A DNA stretch of 64,000 nt from an uncultured Pseudomonadales bacterium (GCA_964412775.1 CAYPPX010000003.1:3021-67020), one strand, 5' to 3'; counted from the first letter of the stretch, positions 36,665-45,771 are shown. Numbers and translations are program-made. The notes: a model not told the origin generated them from the letters alone.

Positions 36665-37563
36665 TAGTTGCTCCTTTCAAAAACTCGCAGTTTAGCACTG
36701 CGACTTCTTGGATTACTAGTTAATTCCTCTACAGACGGTTTGAGTGCTTTATCGGTAATTTTTTGACCTTTGTGTTGTTGTTCCCAAAGGTTAAAAGTTT
36801 GTTTGGCAATGCGGTCTTCCCCCTCGTGGAAACCGATCGTAACGATTCTGCCTTGTGGTTTTAAGTTAGCTAAGGCTTGAGGTAAAGCTTTTTCAATATT
36901 ATTGATTTCATCATTAACTACAATCCTCAGAGCTTGGAAAACTTTTGTAGCTGGGTTAATTTTGCCACGTTGGTGGTTATATGATTTATTAACAGCTTCA
37001 ACTAATGCACCCACAGTTTCTAGGTTATTTGGATTTTTTTCTTTAATTTTTTCAATGTTTTTGGCAATACTTTTGGCTTTATCTTCACCACCAAAATCTT
37101 TGAAGATCTGAGCGAGTTGTTTAGTAGTTAAGACTTTAAGGAGATCAGAAGCTTTAACACCCAAGCGGTTGTCCATTCTCATATCTAAATCTGCATTGGG
37201 ATTGTCAAAACTAAAACCTCGATTATCAGACATCAATTGATCTGTACTGGTACCAAAATCAAACAATACACCAGCTAATTGATTTTCTTTATTAAGTTTT
37301 TTTAGAACGTTAGCTAACTGATCAAAGTTCTCTCTAACCAGTATTAATTGATCATCTTTAATTTCTTCAGTAAATTTTTCTTGACCACGATTGATACTTT
37401 CTTGGTCAAAATCAAAAGCGATGACTTTGCCACCTCGACTTAAAATCTCACCGGTATGACCTCCTCGACCGAAAGTAGCATCAACATACCATTCTCCTGG
37501 TTTAACTTGGAGAAAATCGACAGCTTCTTTTAGCATGACGGTGATGTGAGATGAATTTTTCAT
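36664..37563 (-). CDS. rsmH: 16S rRNA (cytosine1402-N4)-methyltransferase
   Basis: MLKEAVDFL, YVDATFGRGGH, and DxGxS-type SAM motifs. 4-nt overlap with mraZ. Confidence 0.9.
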   Translation of the reverse strand: MKNSSHITVMLKEAVDFLQVKPGEWYVDATFGRGGHTGEILSRGGKVIAFDFDQESINRGQEKFTEEIKDDQLILVRENFDQLANVLKKLNKENQLAGVLFDFGTSTDQLMSDNRGFSFDNPNADLDMRMDNRLGVKASDLLKVLTTKQLAQIFKDFGGEDKAKSIAKNIEKIKEKNPNNLETVGALVEAVNKSYNHQRGKINPATKVFQALRIVVNDEINNIEKALPQALANLKPQGRIVTIGFHEGEDRIAKQTFNLWEQQHKGQKITDKALKPSVEELTSNPRSRSAKLRVFERSN

Positions 37564-37979
37564 ATAACTTGCTCAGCAATCTCCTCTGCTTTGGTTTCTA
37601 ATTGGTCAACATATTGGTGATATGAATCACGATCCCAGACTTCGATGTAGTCCAAACTCCCAACGACAACTAAGTCTTTATTGAGGTGGGCAAATTTAAT
37701 CAAGTAATCGGGCAGATTTACTCGACCATTGTTGTCCACCTCAATAGCTTGGGCTTCATTAGTCATTAAACGGACAAAATCACGATGAGCTTTTTTGGTA
37801 AAAACATGGTTTTCAGAAATCTTGGTTAATTTCTCTTGAAAGCTATCAGCGGTAAAGATAAAAAGTCCGCCATCTAGACCTCTAGTCACGATCCAGTTGT
37901 CAGTTGCTGAACGAAAATTTTTAGGCAAGGAAACTCTGCCTTGTTCTTCGAGCGTGTGGTAGTAAGTGCCAATAAACAT
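37560..37979 (-). CDS. mraZ: transcriptional regulator MraZ
   Basis: Duplicated MraZ half-domains (SLPKNFR...GLDGGLFIF, then VNLPDYL...GSLDYIEVW). Confidence 0.85.
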   Translation of the reverse strand: MFIGTYYHTLEEQGRVSLPKNFRSATDNWIVTRGLDGGLFIFTADSFQEKLTKISENHVFTKKAHRDFVRLMTNEAQAIEVDNNGRVNLPDYLIKFAHLNKDLVVVGSLDYIEVWDRDSYHQYVDQLETKAEEIAEQVI

Positions 37980-38090
37980 TTATAAGACTTTTTACCAATT
38001 TTTACCTAATATTAATATTGCCAGAATTTACTTGATGTGTAAAGGGGTAAATTTTAATAAAAACGTCAATTTTAAACTACTTTTATGGGA

Positions 38091-38120
38091 CTAAAAAACC
38101 CACATGTTTAATGTGGGTTT
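38091..38120 (-). terminator. rho-independent terminator for the 38143-38949 gene
   Basis: Minus-strand AAACCCACAT-taaac-ATGTGGGTTTTTT. Confidence 0.6.
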
Positions 38121-38142
38121 AGCTAAATAATATTTTGGTTAA

Positions 38143-38949
38143 TTATTTTAGGAGAAAATACTTGTTTAAATCTTCATCTTCAGCTCGATAATGGTAGTTT
38201 ACCTGGCCTATTTTTTCAGCTAACTTTAGATTTTTAGGAGGGTTAGCCACAAAATCTTCTAGTTCTTCTGGTAAAACTTCTCCAAGCTTAATTTTTTCTT
38301 TTTTAATAACTTCTAGATTGTAGCCCATTGCTAGTAAAGCAATGATATGTGAAATGTAGTTCATAGCTGAATAACCCAAGACATTTTGGAATTCCCAATC
38401 AGCTACTGTAGCCCAATCTTTTCTATCAGTAAATTCTTTTAGTGGTATATTTTCACCAAAATAAATGAAAAATTGACAATGATCGACATCATAATAAATA
38501 GTTGGTTTATTGGGGAATTCTTCTAAAAATCTTTTTTCGTTTTGTTCTTGAGGGTTAAGTAAGTCTTCACTTTTTGGTTCGAATGAAACTAAACCTGGAT
38601 TATCTCCTAAATCAGTTGCTAACATAGAGATTCTCTCATCTAGATCAAACCAAACAGCGGTATTTCCTGGATTAAAGTTTTTAACAACGACATTTTTCCC
38701 ACGAGCTGCCAAAGCCATAACCAGACCAATCCCTTCATAAGCTTCTAAATTCATTTTTTCACACATGTAATCTAAAGCTCGATCATCAATCTCTAGCCAG
38801 TTTACTTCGTCAGCAACCATTTCTTTTTCATCTTTATGACCTTCATAGATAGCTAAAACCCTATGATCAAAATCATAGTAAACTACTGGTTGAAGTTTCA
38901 TTCTTTCAATAAAAAGGTCAAAATCATGGGTTCTTTCTTTTGTCATCAA
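38143..38949 (-). CDS. hypothetical protein with internal tandem duplication of a roughly 110-aa domain
   Basis: Two repeats share QPVVYYDFDHRVLAIYEG / KPTIYYDVDHCQFFIYFG and GIGLVMALAARGKNVVVKNF / ISHIIALLAMGYNLEVIKKE. Confidence 0.45.
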   Translation of the reverse strand: MMTKERTHDFDLFIERMKLQPVVYYDFDHRVLAIYEGHKDEKEMVADEVNWLEIDDRALDYMCEKMNLEAYEGIGLVMALAARGKNVVVKNFNPGNTAVWFDLDERISMLATDLGDNPGLVSFEPKSEDLLNPQEQNEKRFLEEFPNKPTIYYDVDHCQFFIYFGENIPLKEFTDRKDWATVADWEFQNVLGYSAMNYISHIIALLAMGYNLEVIKKEKIKLGEVLPEELEDFVANPPKNLKLAEKIGQVNYHYRAEDEDLNKYFLLK

Positions 38950-39103
38950 GATATTATCTCATAATATTATTTAAAAAGATAGTTTATTTAGCTATATTTA
39001 GTTTAAATGTTATAACTAGATCTAGTTAGTCCATGTATGGCAATACCTATCCCAAATTGGCGAAAGATGTAATTGCACATTTTTTGCTGGAAAGGAGTGA
39101 CCA

Positions 39104-39223
39104 ATGATGGTTTTTAGAATTGCTGGCTTGGTGTTGTCCCTTGTTGCCGTAATCCTCGCTTTAGTGGTGATGATTATTCGAAATGGCGGCGGTGGCACAC
39201 CTCCTGGCAAAAATGCGAGTTAA
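39104..39223 (+). CDS. unannotated small membrane peptide (39 aa)
   Basis: SD AAAGGAG six nt upstream. MMVFRIAGLVLSLVAVILALVVMIIRNGGGGTPPGKNAS, then stop, then a hairpin terminator at 39229-39258. Confidence 0.4.
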   Translation: MMVFRIAGLVLSLVAVILALVVMIIRNGGGGTPPGKNAS

Positions 39224-39228
39224 AACTC

Positions 39229-39258
39229 AAAGGCCCTGTTCGTGAGAACAGGGCCTCT
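39229..39258. terminator. hairpin terminator (bidirectional)
   Basis: GGCCCTGTTC-gtga-GAACAGGGCC: a 10-bp GC-rich stem between the plus small ORF and the convergent minus gene. Confidence 0.55.
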
Positions 39259-39282
39259 GCATTTAGATTAAGTTTTAATGGT

Positions 39283-40074
39283 TTATTTTATAACCACATA
39301 TAATTGAGCTAGATCAACGGTAGCTGTAATCATTTTTCCATCTATTTTACCTTCATAGCTTTTCCACTCTTTACCATTCCAAGCAGCAATCTTTAACTCA
39401 CCTTCTTCATTAGCTCTAATGGTTAATTCAGCTTGACCACTTAAAGGACTAGAAGTTTCTAGAGAATAAATCTCAGAAACAACGGTGCCAGGAAGTTTTT
39501 CTGGATAACCTGGGGTATTAAAAATAACTAAATATCTTTGAGTAGCTAAAGTTTTGCCATCAATTTGGAATTTAGCATCTTTAGAACTAAAAGCAGTTTT
39601 TTTGGCTTGGTTATCAATATATTTCCAATCTGATTTTAAAGCATATGGGTCGTTTCCACCCACATATCTGGTTAGGAGTGAGCCACCTTGGACGTCTTCA
39701 TGATAAGTACAGGCTCCACCGGCTGAACAACTTCCCAGTAGGATCTTAGCAGTTGCTGGTAAGTCAGTTAAAGCTAGTTCACCAAATGCTCCTTGAAGTA
39801 AGGTGCCGGCTTGGTATTCAAGTTCGTATTCTAGGGTATCAGCTTCTTTGTTTAGCGAATAAACCTCGATTTCCAGGTTACGACCATCAGCTAGTGGTTT
39901 GATAGCAAGATAAGGTCTTTCTTCTACAGAGATGATGTTAGTTGGCAAACTTAATTTTTTCTTTTGCGTGGTAGCTGGTTCTTCAGTAGTTTTATCTTTT
40001 TTGAAGAAGAACAATCCTCCACCAACTAACACCAAGAGTGCTAGACCAATAATTAGTAACTTTTTGTTTTGCAT
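39283..40074 (-). CDS. secreted or membrane-anchored hypothetical protein
   Basis: Signal/anchor sequence MQNKKLLIIGLALLVLVGGGLFFF, followed by a beta-rich soluble domain containing a CSAGGAC pair. Confidence 0.45.
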   Translation of the reverse strand: MQNKKLLIIGLALLVLVGGGLFFFKKDKTTEEPATTQKKKLSLPTNIISVEERPYLAIKPLADGRNLEIEVYSLNKEADTLEYELEYQAGTLLQGAFGELALTDLPATAKILLGSCSAGGACTYHEDVQGGSLLTRYVGGNDPYALKSDWKYIDNQAKKTAFSSKDAKFQIDGKTLATQRYLVIFNTPGYPEKLPGTVVSEIYSLETSSPLSGQAELTIRANEEGELKIAAWNGKEWKSYEGKIDGKMITATVDLAQLYVVIK

Positions 40075-40113
40075 AAATAACCTTCCTGAGAATTTTTCCC
40101 GGTTAATATTTGT

Positions 40114-41505
40114 TTAAGATAGCATACTTACAAGACGTTCCTCAACTTCAGCCAAGGTTAATCTTTCTTGTTGAGTGGTATCACGATCTCTAAGAGTAAC
40201 AGTACCATCTTCTAGAGTTTGGTAATCAACAGTCAAACAATATGGTGTCCCGATTTCATCTTGAGCTAAATAACGCTTACCAATGTTGCCTCGGTCATCC
40301 CAAGTGACATTGGTTTTAGTTTTGAGTTGATCAAAAATTTCTTGAGCTTTGCCAACAATTTCCTCTTTATTTTTGACTAATGGAAAAATAGCTAATTTAT
40401 AAGGAGCAAATTTAGCAGGCAATTTAAGATAAGTGCGATTATTTTGTTCATCGGTGGTATATGCTTCAGCTAATATTGCCAAAAAAATACGATTGATTCC
40501 AAAGGTTGGCTCAATCACGTGAGGAATAAATTTACGCTGTGGATCATATGGATCGGTGTAACGTAGATCAACGCCGGATTTTTCCATATGATTTCTTAGA
40601 TCATAATCAGTGCGATAAGCCAGACCAAACATTTCTTTGTAACCGAAAGGAAATTCGTAATCAACATCTTCTGTGCGACTAGAATAATGAGAACGTTCTT
40701 CATCAGTATGAGTACGCCATCTCAGTTTATTTTCTGATAGGCCTAAAGATAAAGCAAACTCTTTCATGATGGTTTGCCATTTTTCAAAAAGTTTTTGCCA
40801 ATCTTCTTTTTCTGGATCAAAGAAATATTCAAATTCAGCCAAGTTAAACTCTAAAGTGCGGAAAATAAAATTACCTAAAGTAATCTCATTACGAAAGGCT
40901 TTACCTGTTTGGGCAATACCGAAAGGGAGTTTTGGTCTCATGGTATTTAAAACATTCTTAAAGTTTACAAACATACCTTGAGCAATTTCACCTCTTAAGT
41001 AGGCAAGAGATTGAGAATCTTCAACGATACCAATGCTGGTTTCAAATAATAAGTTGAATGAACGTACCTCAGTCCAGTTTTTTTCACCACAGACTGGACA
41101 TTTAATTTCGAGTTTATTAATAATCTCGGTTAATTCTTCTGGAGTTTTACCCTCAACTTTTTGTTCTTCACCTTGCTTGGCGGTAAAGTCCTCAATCAAA
41201 TGATCAGCTCTAGTTCTAGTTTTACAAGTTTTACAATCAATTAAAGCATCAGTAAAACTAGCAGTATGACCAGAAGCTTCCCAGACTTTTGGACTCATTA
41301 AGATGGAGGTATCTAGACCATACATATCTGAACGGTAAGTCACGAAAAATTGCCACCAGTGATTCAAAATATTTCTGAGTAATTCCACGCCTAATGGCCC
41401 AAAATCGTAAGTATTGGCTAAACCGCCGTAGATCTCTGACCCTGGAAAAACAAAGCCTCTACGTTTGGCTAAAGCGACAACATCATTCATGTTAGTTTTT
41501 GACAT
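40114..41505 (-). CDS. glyQS: glycine--tRNA ligase (homodimeric GlyRS)
   Basis: Class II motifs. N-terminus RRGFVFPGSEIYGG..NTYDYGPLG is characteristic of alpha2-type GlyRS. Anticodon-binding C-terminal domain. Confidence 0.9.
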   Translation of the reverse strand: MSKTNMNDVVALAKRRGFVFPGSEIYGGLANTYDFGPLGVELLRNILNHWWQFFVTYRSDMYGLDTSILMSPKVWEASGHTASFTDALIDCKTCKTRTRADHLIEDFTAKQGEEQKVEGKTPEELTEIINKLEIKCPVCGEKNWTEVRSFNLLFETSIGIVEDSQSLAYLRGEIAQGMFVNFKNVLNTMRPKLPFGIAQTGKAFRNEITLGNFIFRTLEFNLAEFEYFFDPEKEDWQKLFEKWQTIMKEFALSLGLSENKLRWRTHTDEERSHYSSRTEDVDYEFPFGYKEMFGLAYRTDYDLRNHMEKSGVDLRYTDPYDPQRKFIPHVIEPTFGINRIFLAILAEAYTTDEQNNRTYLKLPAKFAPYKLAIFPLVKNKEEIVGKAQEIFDQLKTKTNVTWDDRGNIGKRYLAQDEIGTPYCLTVDYQTLEDGTVTLRDRDTTQQERLTLAEVEERLVSMLS

Positions 41506-41506
41506 A

Positions 41507-41735
41507 ATTAATTCCTTACTTTATTTATATCTGTTTTCTGGGGAATTAGCTACAAAAAACCCCAGCAATTACTTGCTAGGGACCCTACTGGGCGGTTCCA
41601 CCCTAATTCTTTGGATAGTTCCAAAGCTCTTTAAGTTGTTTAGTATTGTTTTCCTGAAGTTCAGGCCCGCTGGCCAAAGGCGAGCAATACTAGTGATATT
41701 ATATTTTTCTTTCCTCAAAGAAGCAAGCTCTAGGT
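41507..41735 (-). promoter_or_regulatory. T-box riboswitch leader (glycine-type) for glyQS
   Basis: Minus-strand transcript contains AAUUAGGGUGGAACCGCCC, a near-perfect T-box core. Its UGGA would pair with the U73 discriminator of tRNA-Gly. This is followed by the terminator CCCUAGCAAGUAAUUGCUGGGGUUUUUU. Upstream stem I (UAGUAUUG...CAAUACUA) encloses a GGC triplet. A candidate -10 TATAAT lies near 41715. Confidence 0.7.
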
Positions 41736-42496
41736 TATTTCAGTGATGAAAAATATTTAGCTAAACCATCTTCTTTAACATTACCGATGATTAAATCAGC
41801 AACTTCTTTTAAGTCATCAACAGCATTACCCATTGCTACTTTAGTGCTAACTGAGTTAAAAAGATGAAGATCATTGTGGCCATCGCCAATGCCAATGGTA
41901 TGCTCTTTTTTAACATCTAGTCTTGAAAGTAATTCAGTAATAGCATGTTCTTTAGTTGCTTCAACATTAACGATATGTAAATCTCTACAACCAGGTTTTT
42001 GGGATACAACCATGACGCAAGTAATTCCATCAACTAGATTTAGTTCATCACGGAGCTGATTTGCTAAGGAATCAGGAACAAAGCTTTGTGATAACCAATT
42101 TACTCTTTGAGTAAGATCAAAATTTTTTGGATACACTCCACCGTTAAAATAATCATCCTCGGTGTAGTCATTAAAGATTAATTTTTGTTTACCATTTTTA
42201 GAAAAAATACTAATTACTTGTTCTAAAGCTTGTGGGGTAATATCTTTTTGCCAGACAATTTCACCTGTTTTTGGATTACAGATTTGGGTCCCACCAGAAA
42301 TAATACATAAGTCTTCTAGCTCTAGAGTTTGGATAATATCTTTGGCAAAAGTCCAACATCTACCTGTAGCTGCAGCAAGAAAATATTTTTCTTTTAAATC
42401 ATTAATGGTAGAAACAAGTTTTTTACTTGGTAGCTTTTGTTCTGGAGAATCAACGGCTGTCCCATCTAAGTCAAAGATTATAGCCTTAGTTTTCAT
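41735..42496 (-). CDS. Cof-type HAD-IIB phosphatase
   Basis: Motif I IIFDLDGT, cap insertion, C-terminal GIGDGHNDL and MGNA. Confidence 0.75.
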   Translation of the reverse strand: MKTKAIIFDLDGTAVDSPEQKLPSKKLVSTINDLKEKYFLAAATGRCWTFAKDIIQTLELEDLCIISGGTQICNPKTGEIVWQKDITPQALEQVISIFSKNGKQKLIFNDYTEDDYFNGGVYPKNFDLTQRVNWLSQSFVPDSLANQLRDELNLVDGITCVMVVSQKPGCRDLHIVNVEATKEHAITELLSRLDVKKEHTIGIGDGHNDLHLFNSVSTKVAMGNAVDDLKEVADLIIGNVKEDGLAKYFSSLK

Positions 42497-42538
42497 AATG
42501 GAATTATAACTTTTATTAGTAAAGTGTGGAGAATAAAA

Positions 42539-43087
42539 CTATTTAATTCTCAAATATTCAAAACTCTTCATCTCTTTTTCAGTAATCTCAGCCACATAAT
42601 CTAGAATTGACTGATGTGGCACGTCTTCGAAGCTTTGATAGCCCATCCGTTCAATTAGTTCACTTAAAAGTGGTTGGATTTTTTGGTGAGCTCTGTTTAA
42701 AATTAGTGATTCTCTAATTTTTAAAGCTAGTAAGTAAGCCTCTTCGTCTGGATCTTCTTCAACAAATAGCCGATCAAAGATCTCAAGAATTTGTGACAAA
42801 CTTCTGATGCCACTGAGTGAGCCCCTGATATCCTGATGAACATTTTCTAGCAAAGTGGTCTGGGTAATTAGCGGCATCGACTTAGTATTAATCCCAAAAA
42901 TCTTGACCAGGTTCCCTGGTTCCAGATCAGCTCTACGACTAGATTTTATGTTTCTGACCCCTTTAGCAATGCCCACCAATTTCCCAAAATCTTTAGCAAT
43001 AAAAGTAACAATTCGGTCAGCTTCGCCAACATTGCTGCGTTTAAGCACGATCCCTTCAGTAATAAAGGTTTTAGCTTTGGTCGTCAT
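42539..43087 (-). CDS. recO: DNA repair protein RecO (short form, OB-fold N-domain)
   Basis: TEGIVLKRSNVGEADRIVTFIAKDFGKLVGIAKGVRNIKS matches the RecO N-terminal OB-fold pattern. No C-terminal zinc finger seen. Confidence 0.55.
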   Translation of the reverse strand: MTTKAKTFITEGIVLKRSNVGEADRIVTFIAKDFGKLVGIAKGVRNIKSSRRADLEPGNLVKIFGINTKSMPLITQTTLLENVHQDIRGSLSGIRSLSQILEIFDRLFVEEDPDEEAYLLALKIRESLILNRAHQKIQPLLSELIERMGYQSFEDVPHQSILDYVAEITEKEMKSFEYLRIK

Positions 43088-43093
43088 AGTTTT

Positions 43094-45151
43094 TTAGAAA
43101 GGAATCTCAACAAACAGGTCTTTGTTGACTATCACCTTCTCTTCTCCACCATTCACATCAAATAAAGTTTCAAAGCCGTCAATGCCACCTTGTTTCCATA
43201 AAGTAGTTTTGTAAGTTTCAGTATTAGTGTAAGGGATACTGTAAGTTAACTTAAGTTTAGCCACACCCAGTGGTTCTAGAGTGAAGAAACCATCAATGAC
43301 GGTAAAGTCACCTTCATCATAGAGAGTTGGCTCGGTAGTAAAGCCTTGAGCTTGGACTAATTCAGCATCTTTTGGAATATAAAGTCTGGTCCAATCTCTT
43401 AAGGTCGAGTTGAGACATAGTAAGCCAGCTTCAAGATTACAGTTATCAGCTTTGTGAGTATTGCGGTAAGTAATCTCGATGGTTTTTTCTAATCGGCCAT
43501 TCTCTGGTAAGCCAATTTCTTGTTTAACATCATAGTTAACAAACAGGTTGGATTTTGCTCCACCCAAGTTGGCATTAACAATGGCTAAGAAATCACCTTC
43601 ATTAGTTGGTAAGGTTAGACGTCCGGCCGCGTTAACTGTTTCGGCAGCTGTTTGGGCTTGCTCATCTACAAAGTAGAGTTGGATGTGTTTACCTTCCATG
43701 TTAGCCCACATTTTTTGGAATAGTTCTGGCCATTTTTCTTTTGGTGCAGAGTAAGCTTTTTGCAAAGTGGACTGCATGAGTGGTCCAAGAATACCCTTGC
43801 GATCTTCACGAAGGTATGGGGTTGGTTTGGTAATAATTTCTGATAAAGCATAAACCACTTGAGCACAACCATCACAACGATTATCTGGTTCTGAACTAAA
43901 TGTCCCGTATCCTGGAACCTGGACTGGGCCTAGGACAGCTAATAAATCAGTTAATACCTGAGTATCAACAGCAATAATGCCATCGATGTCACCAGGTTCA
44001 CCTCTGACTGTTTGATAGTTGGTAAAGAATTGGTCCATGGAGAGTTTGAAATCTGGAGAAATATTCATATCTCTCAAGTTCCAGTAGCGCTCAGTAGTTA
44101 AGTATTTACCGAGTGCCTCAGGAATGGCTAAACGTTTAGTAAATTTTTGGTCTAATTCATAGATATCATCTGATTTTTCTGGTGTAACTTTTCCATTTTC
44201 AATATAAATCACTGCATAAGCAGTTAAGAAGCCACCGGTTGGTCTGAGCTCATTATCGTTTTGAAAAAGAATTAAGTATTTCTTTCTTTCGCCTTTGCCA
44301 CCAGCTAAATCGGGAATTTGTTCTAAAACTGGTCTAAATTCCAAGAAGGCAGTCACAGAATCGTTCAACATTGTTTGGGCAGTTAGGAGTTTTTCTCTAA
44401 TCGTGAGGTCGCCAATTTTTTCTGGATAGCGTTTGGCATCAATTGCTAGTAACTCAGTGGTGGCTGTTTGTAGATCACCAGCGATGGCATCAAAAGAAGG
44501 CATCACTTTATCTAAAGTTTCGATCAAGAGTTTAATTCGATCTTCAGCCGTACCACCAGTAAAAGAGCCCTCACCCTGAAAACCCAAGACATCAGCATAA
44601 GGAATAAGTTCAGTCAGGGCCTTTTCTGCTGCTGACAGACCGGCTTGACCAGCATTAAACGCGTGGTTACCATCTTGGTAGTATCTTCTTAAAACTGGTA
44701 AATAGTTATAAATACTAAGCTTTTGGTAGGTCTGGTGAAGTTGATCAACTTCTTGTTCGAGTTTCTTGAGTTCTTCTTGAGCCAAAGGTAAGTTTTGGGT
44801 TTTAAAAACAGCATAGGCTTGTCTGGCAGTCGCTTCAGTAGTTTGAGCTTGGGTTTTTAGCTGGTTGGCAATCACTGCTGTATAAACTCCCAAGCCAATC
44901 AAGAAAGCCAATAAAATGCCTAGTAAAATCTTGGCCCACATCGGGATAGATTTTTTGGGTTTTTTGTCTTTAGAAACTTGATTAGAGTTAGCCGAGTCTT
45001 CTTTGTTAGTGTTAGTTTGTTTTTTCTTAAAGATATCCGCTAGCAGTTGAGCGGTTGATTCTGGTTTGGTAGGGTTCTCTACCCGATTAGCAACTAAATT
45101 ATTTTCCATCATAGATGAACAGTATAGCAAAAGAATGGTCAAAGTTACCAC
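43094..45151 (-). CDS. large membrane-anchored extracytoplasmic protein, DUF4012-like (putative)
   Basis: N-terminal TM helix (ILLGILLAFLIGLGVYTAVIA), coiled-coil segment, and a central ELRPTGGF motif recalled from DUF4012-type proteins. Sits at the head of the glycan locus. Family assignment is from memory, not a search. Confidence 0.4.
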   Translation of the reverse strand: MVTLTILLLYCSSMMENNLVANRVENPTKPESTAQLLADIFKKKQTNTNKEDSANSNQVSKDKKPKKSIPMWAKILLGILLAFLIGLGVYTAVIANQLKTQAQTTEATARQAYAVFKTQNLPLAQEELKKLEQEVDQLHQTYQKLSIYNYLPVLRRYYQDGNHAFNAGQAGLSAAEKALTELIPYADVLGFQGEGSFTGGTAEDRIKLLIETLDKVMPSFDAIAGDLQTATTELLAIDAKRYPEKIGDLTIREKLLTAQTMLNDSVTAFLEFRPVLEQIPDLAGGKGERKKYLILFQNDNELRPTGGFLTAYAVIYIENGKVTPEKSDDIYELDQKFTKRLAIPEALGKYLTTERYWNLRDMNISPDFKLSMDQFFTNYQTVRGEPGDIDGIIAVDTQVLTDLLAVLGPVQVPGYGTFSSEPDNRCDGCAQVVYALSEIITKPTPYLREDRKGILGPLMQSTLQKAYSAPKEKWPELFQKMWANMEGKHIQLYFVDEQAQTAAETVNAAGRLTLPTNEGDFLAIVNANLGGAKSNLFVNYDVKQEIGLPENGRLEKTIEITYRNTHKADNCNLEAGLLCLNSTLRDWTRLYIPKDAELVQAQGFTTEPTLYDEGDFTVIDGFFTLEPLGVAKLKLTYSIPYTNTETYKTTLWKQGGIDGFETLFDVNGGEEKVIVNKDLFVEIPF

Positions 45152-45771
45152 TTTGAGATCATGGCTTTAGGAGTTTTTAGAATAATCCGAATATCATTCC
45201 AAATATTTTTAGTTCTAGCATATTCTGAGTCCATTTTGGCTCTTTGGTTAAAAGGAATTTCATTACGCCCACTTGTTTGCCATGGGCCAGTAATACCAGG
45301 TTTAACTGATAGGATATCTTTAATGTATTTCTTGGTATCTGGATATTTTTTAGTTTGTTCAGCTAGCTCTTGTTTCATGTAAGCTCTAGGGCCAATCATA
45401 CTCATTTCCCCTTTAATGACATTAAACAATTGTGGAAATTCATCAATAGTAAGAGATCTTAGCACTCGGCCGAGTTTGGTAATTCTAGGATCTTCATCGG
45501 CAGCAAATTTCCAGTCACTTTTTTTAAATTTTTCAAGTAATGCAGGATCTTGCTCGTGTAAAATCTTATGTGCATCTTTAACCATTGATCTAAATTTATT
45601 AATATAAAATTCTCTGCCTCCTTTACCAACTCTTTTATGGCTAAAAAAGACCGGACCACCATCATCAAAGATAATTAAAAGAGGAACGATAATCCAAAAT
45701 GGTAAAAAAATTATTACCAAGGTAATAGCAACTGTTAGGTCTAAAATTCTTTTTTGTTGTTCGTAAGTCAT
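45145..45771 (-). CDS. monotopic phosphoglycosyl transferase (bacterial sugar transferase, PglC/WbaP C-domain-like)
   Basis: Re-entrant N-terminal helix, KRVGKGG..F...KFRSM, and DEFPQLFNVIKGEMSMIGPRA (PF02397 signature). Confidence 0.8.
   Translation of the reverse strand: MTYEQQKRILDLTVAITLVIIFLPFWIIVPLLIIFDDGGPVFFSHKRVGKGGREFYINKFRSMVKDAHKILHEQDPALLEKFKKSDWKFAADEDPRITKLGRVLRSLTIDEFPQLFNVIKGEMSMIGPRAYMKQELAEQTKKYPDTKKYIKDILSVKPGITGPWQTSGRNEIPFNQRAKMDSEYARTKNIWNDIRIILKTPKAMISKW

Noticed and set aside
37980-38090. MraZ operator repeats upstream of mraZ
   Set aside because: I looked for spaced GTGGG-type direct repeats as described for E. coli MraZ. Only a single GTGGG-like and AAAGGGG element is present, which is not convincing.
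39022-39210. 62-aa minus-strand ORF (MPGGVPPPPF...)
   Set aside because: Its composition is unlike the neighbours and it has no RBS. The plus strand at the same place has a clean SD plus a small-ORF plus a terminator model, which I preferred.
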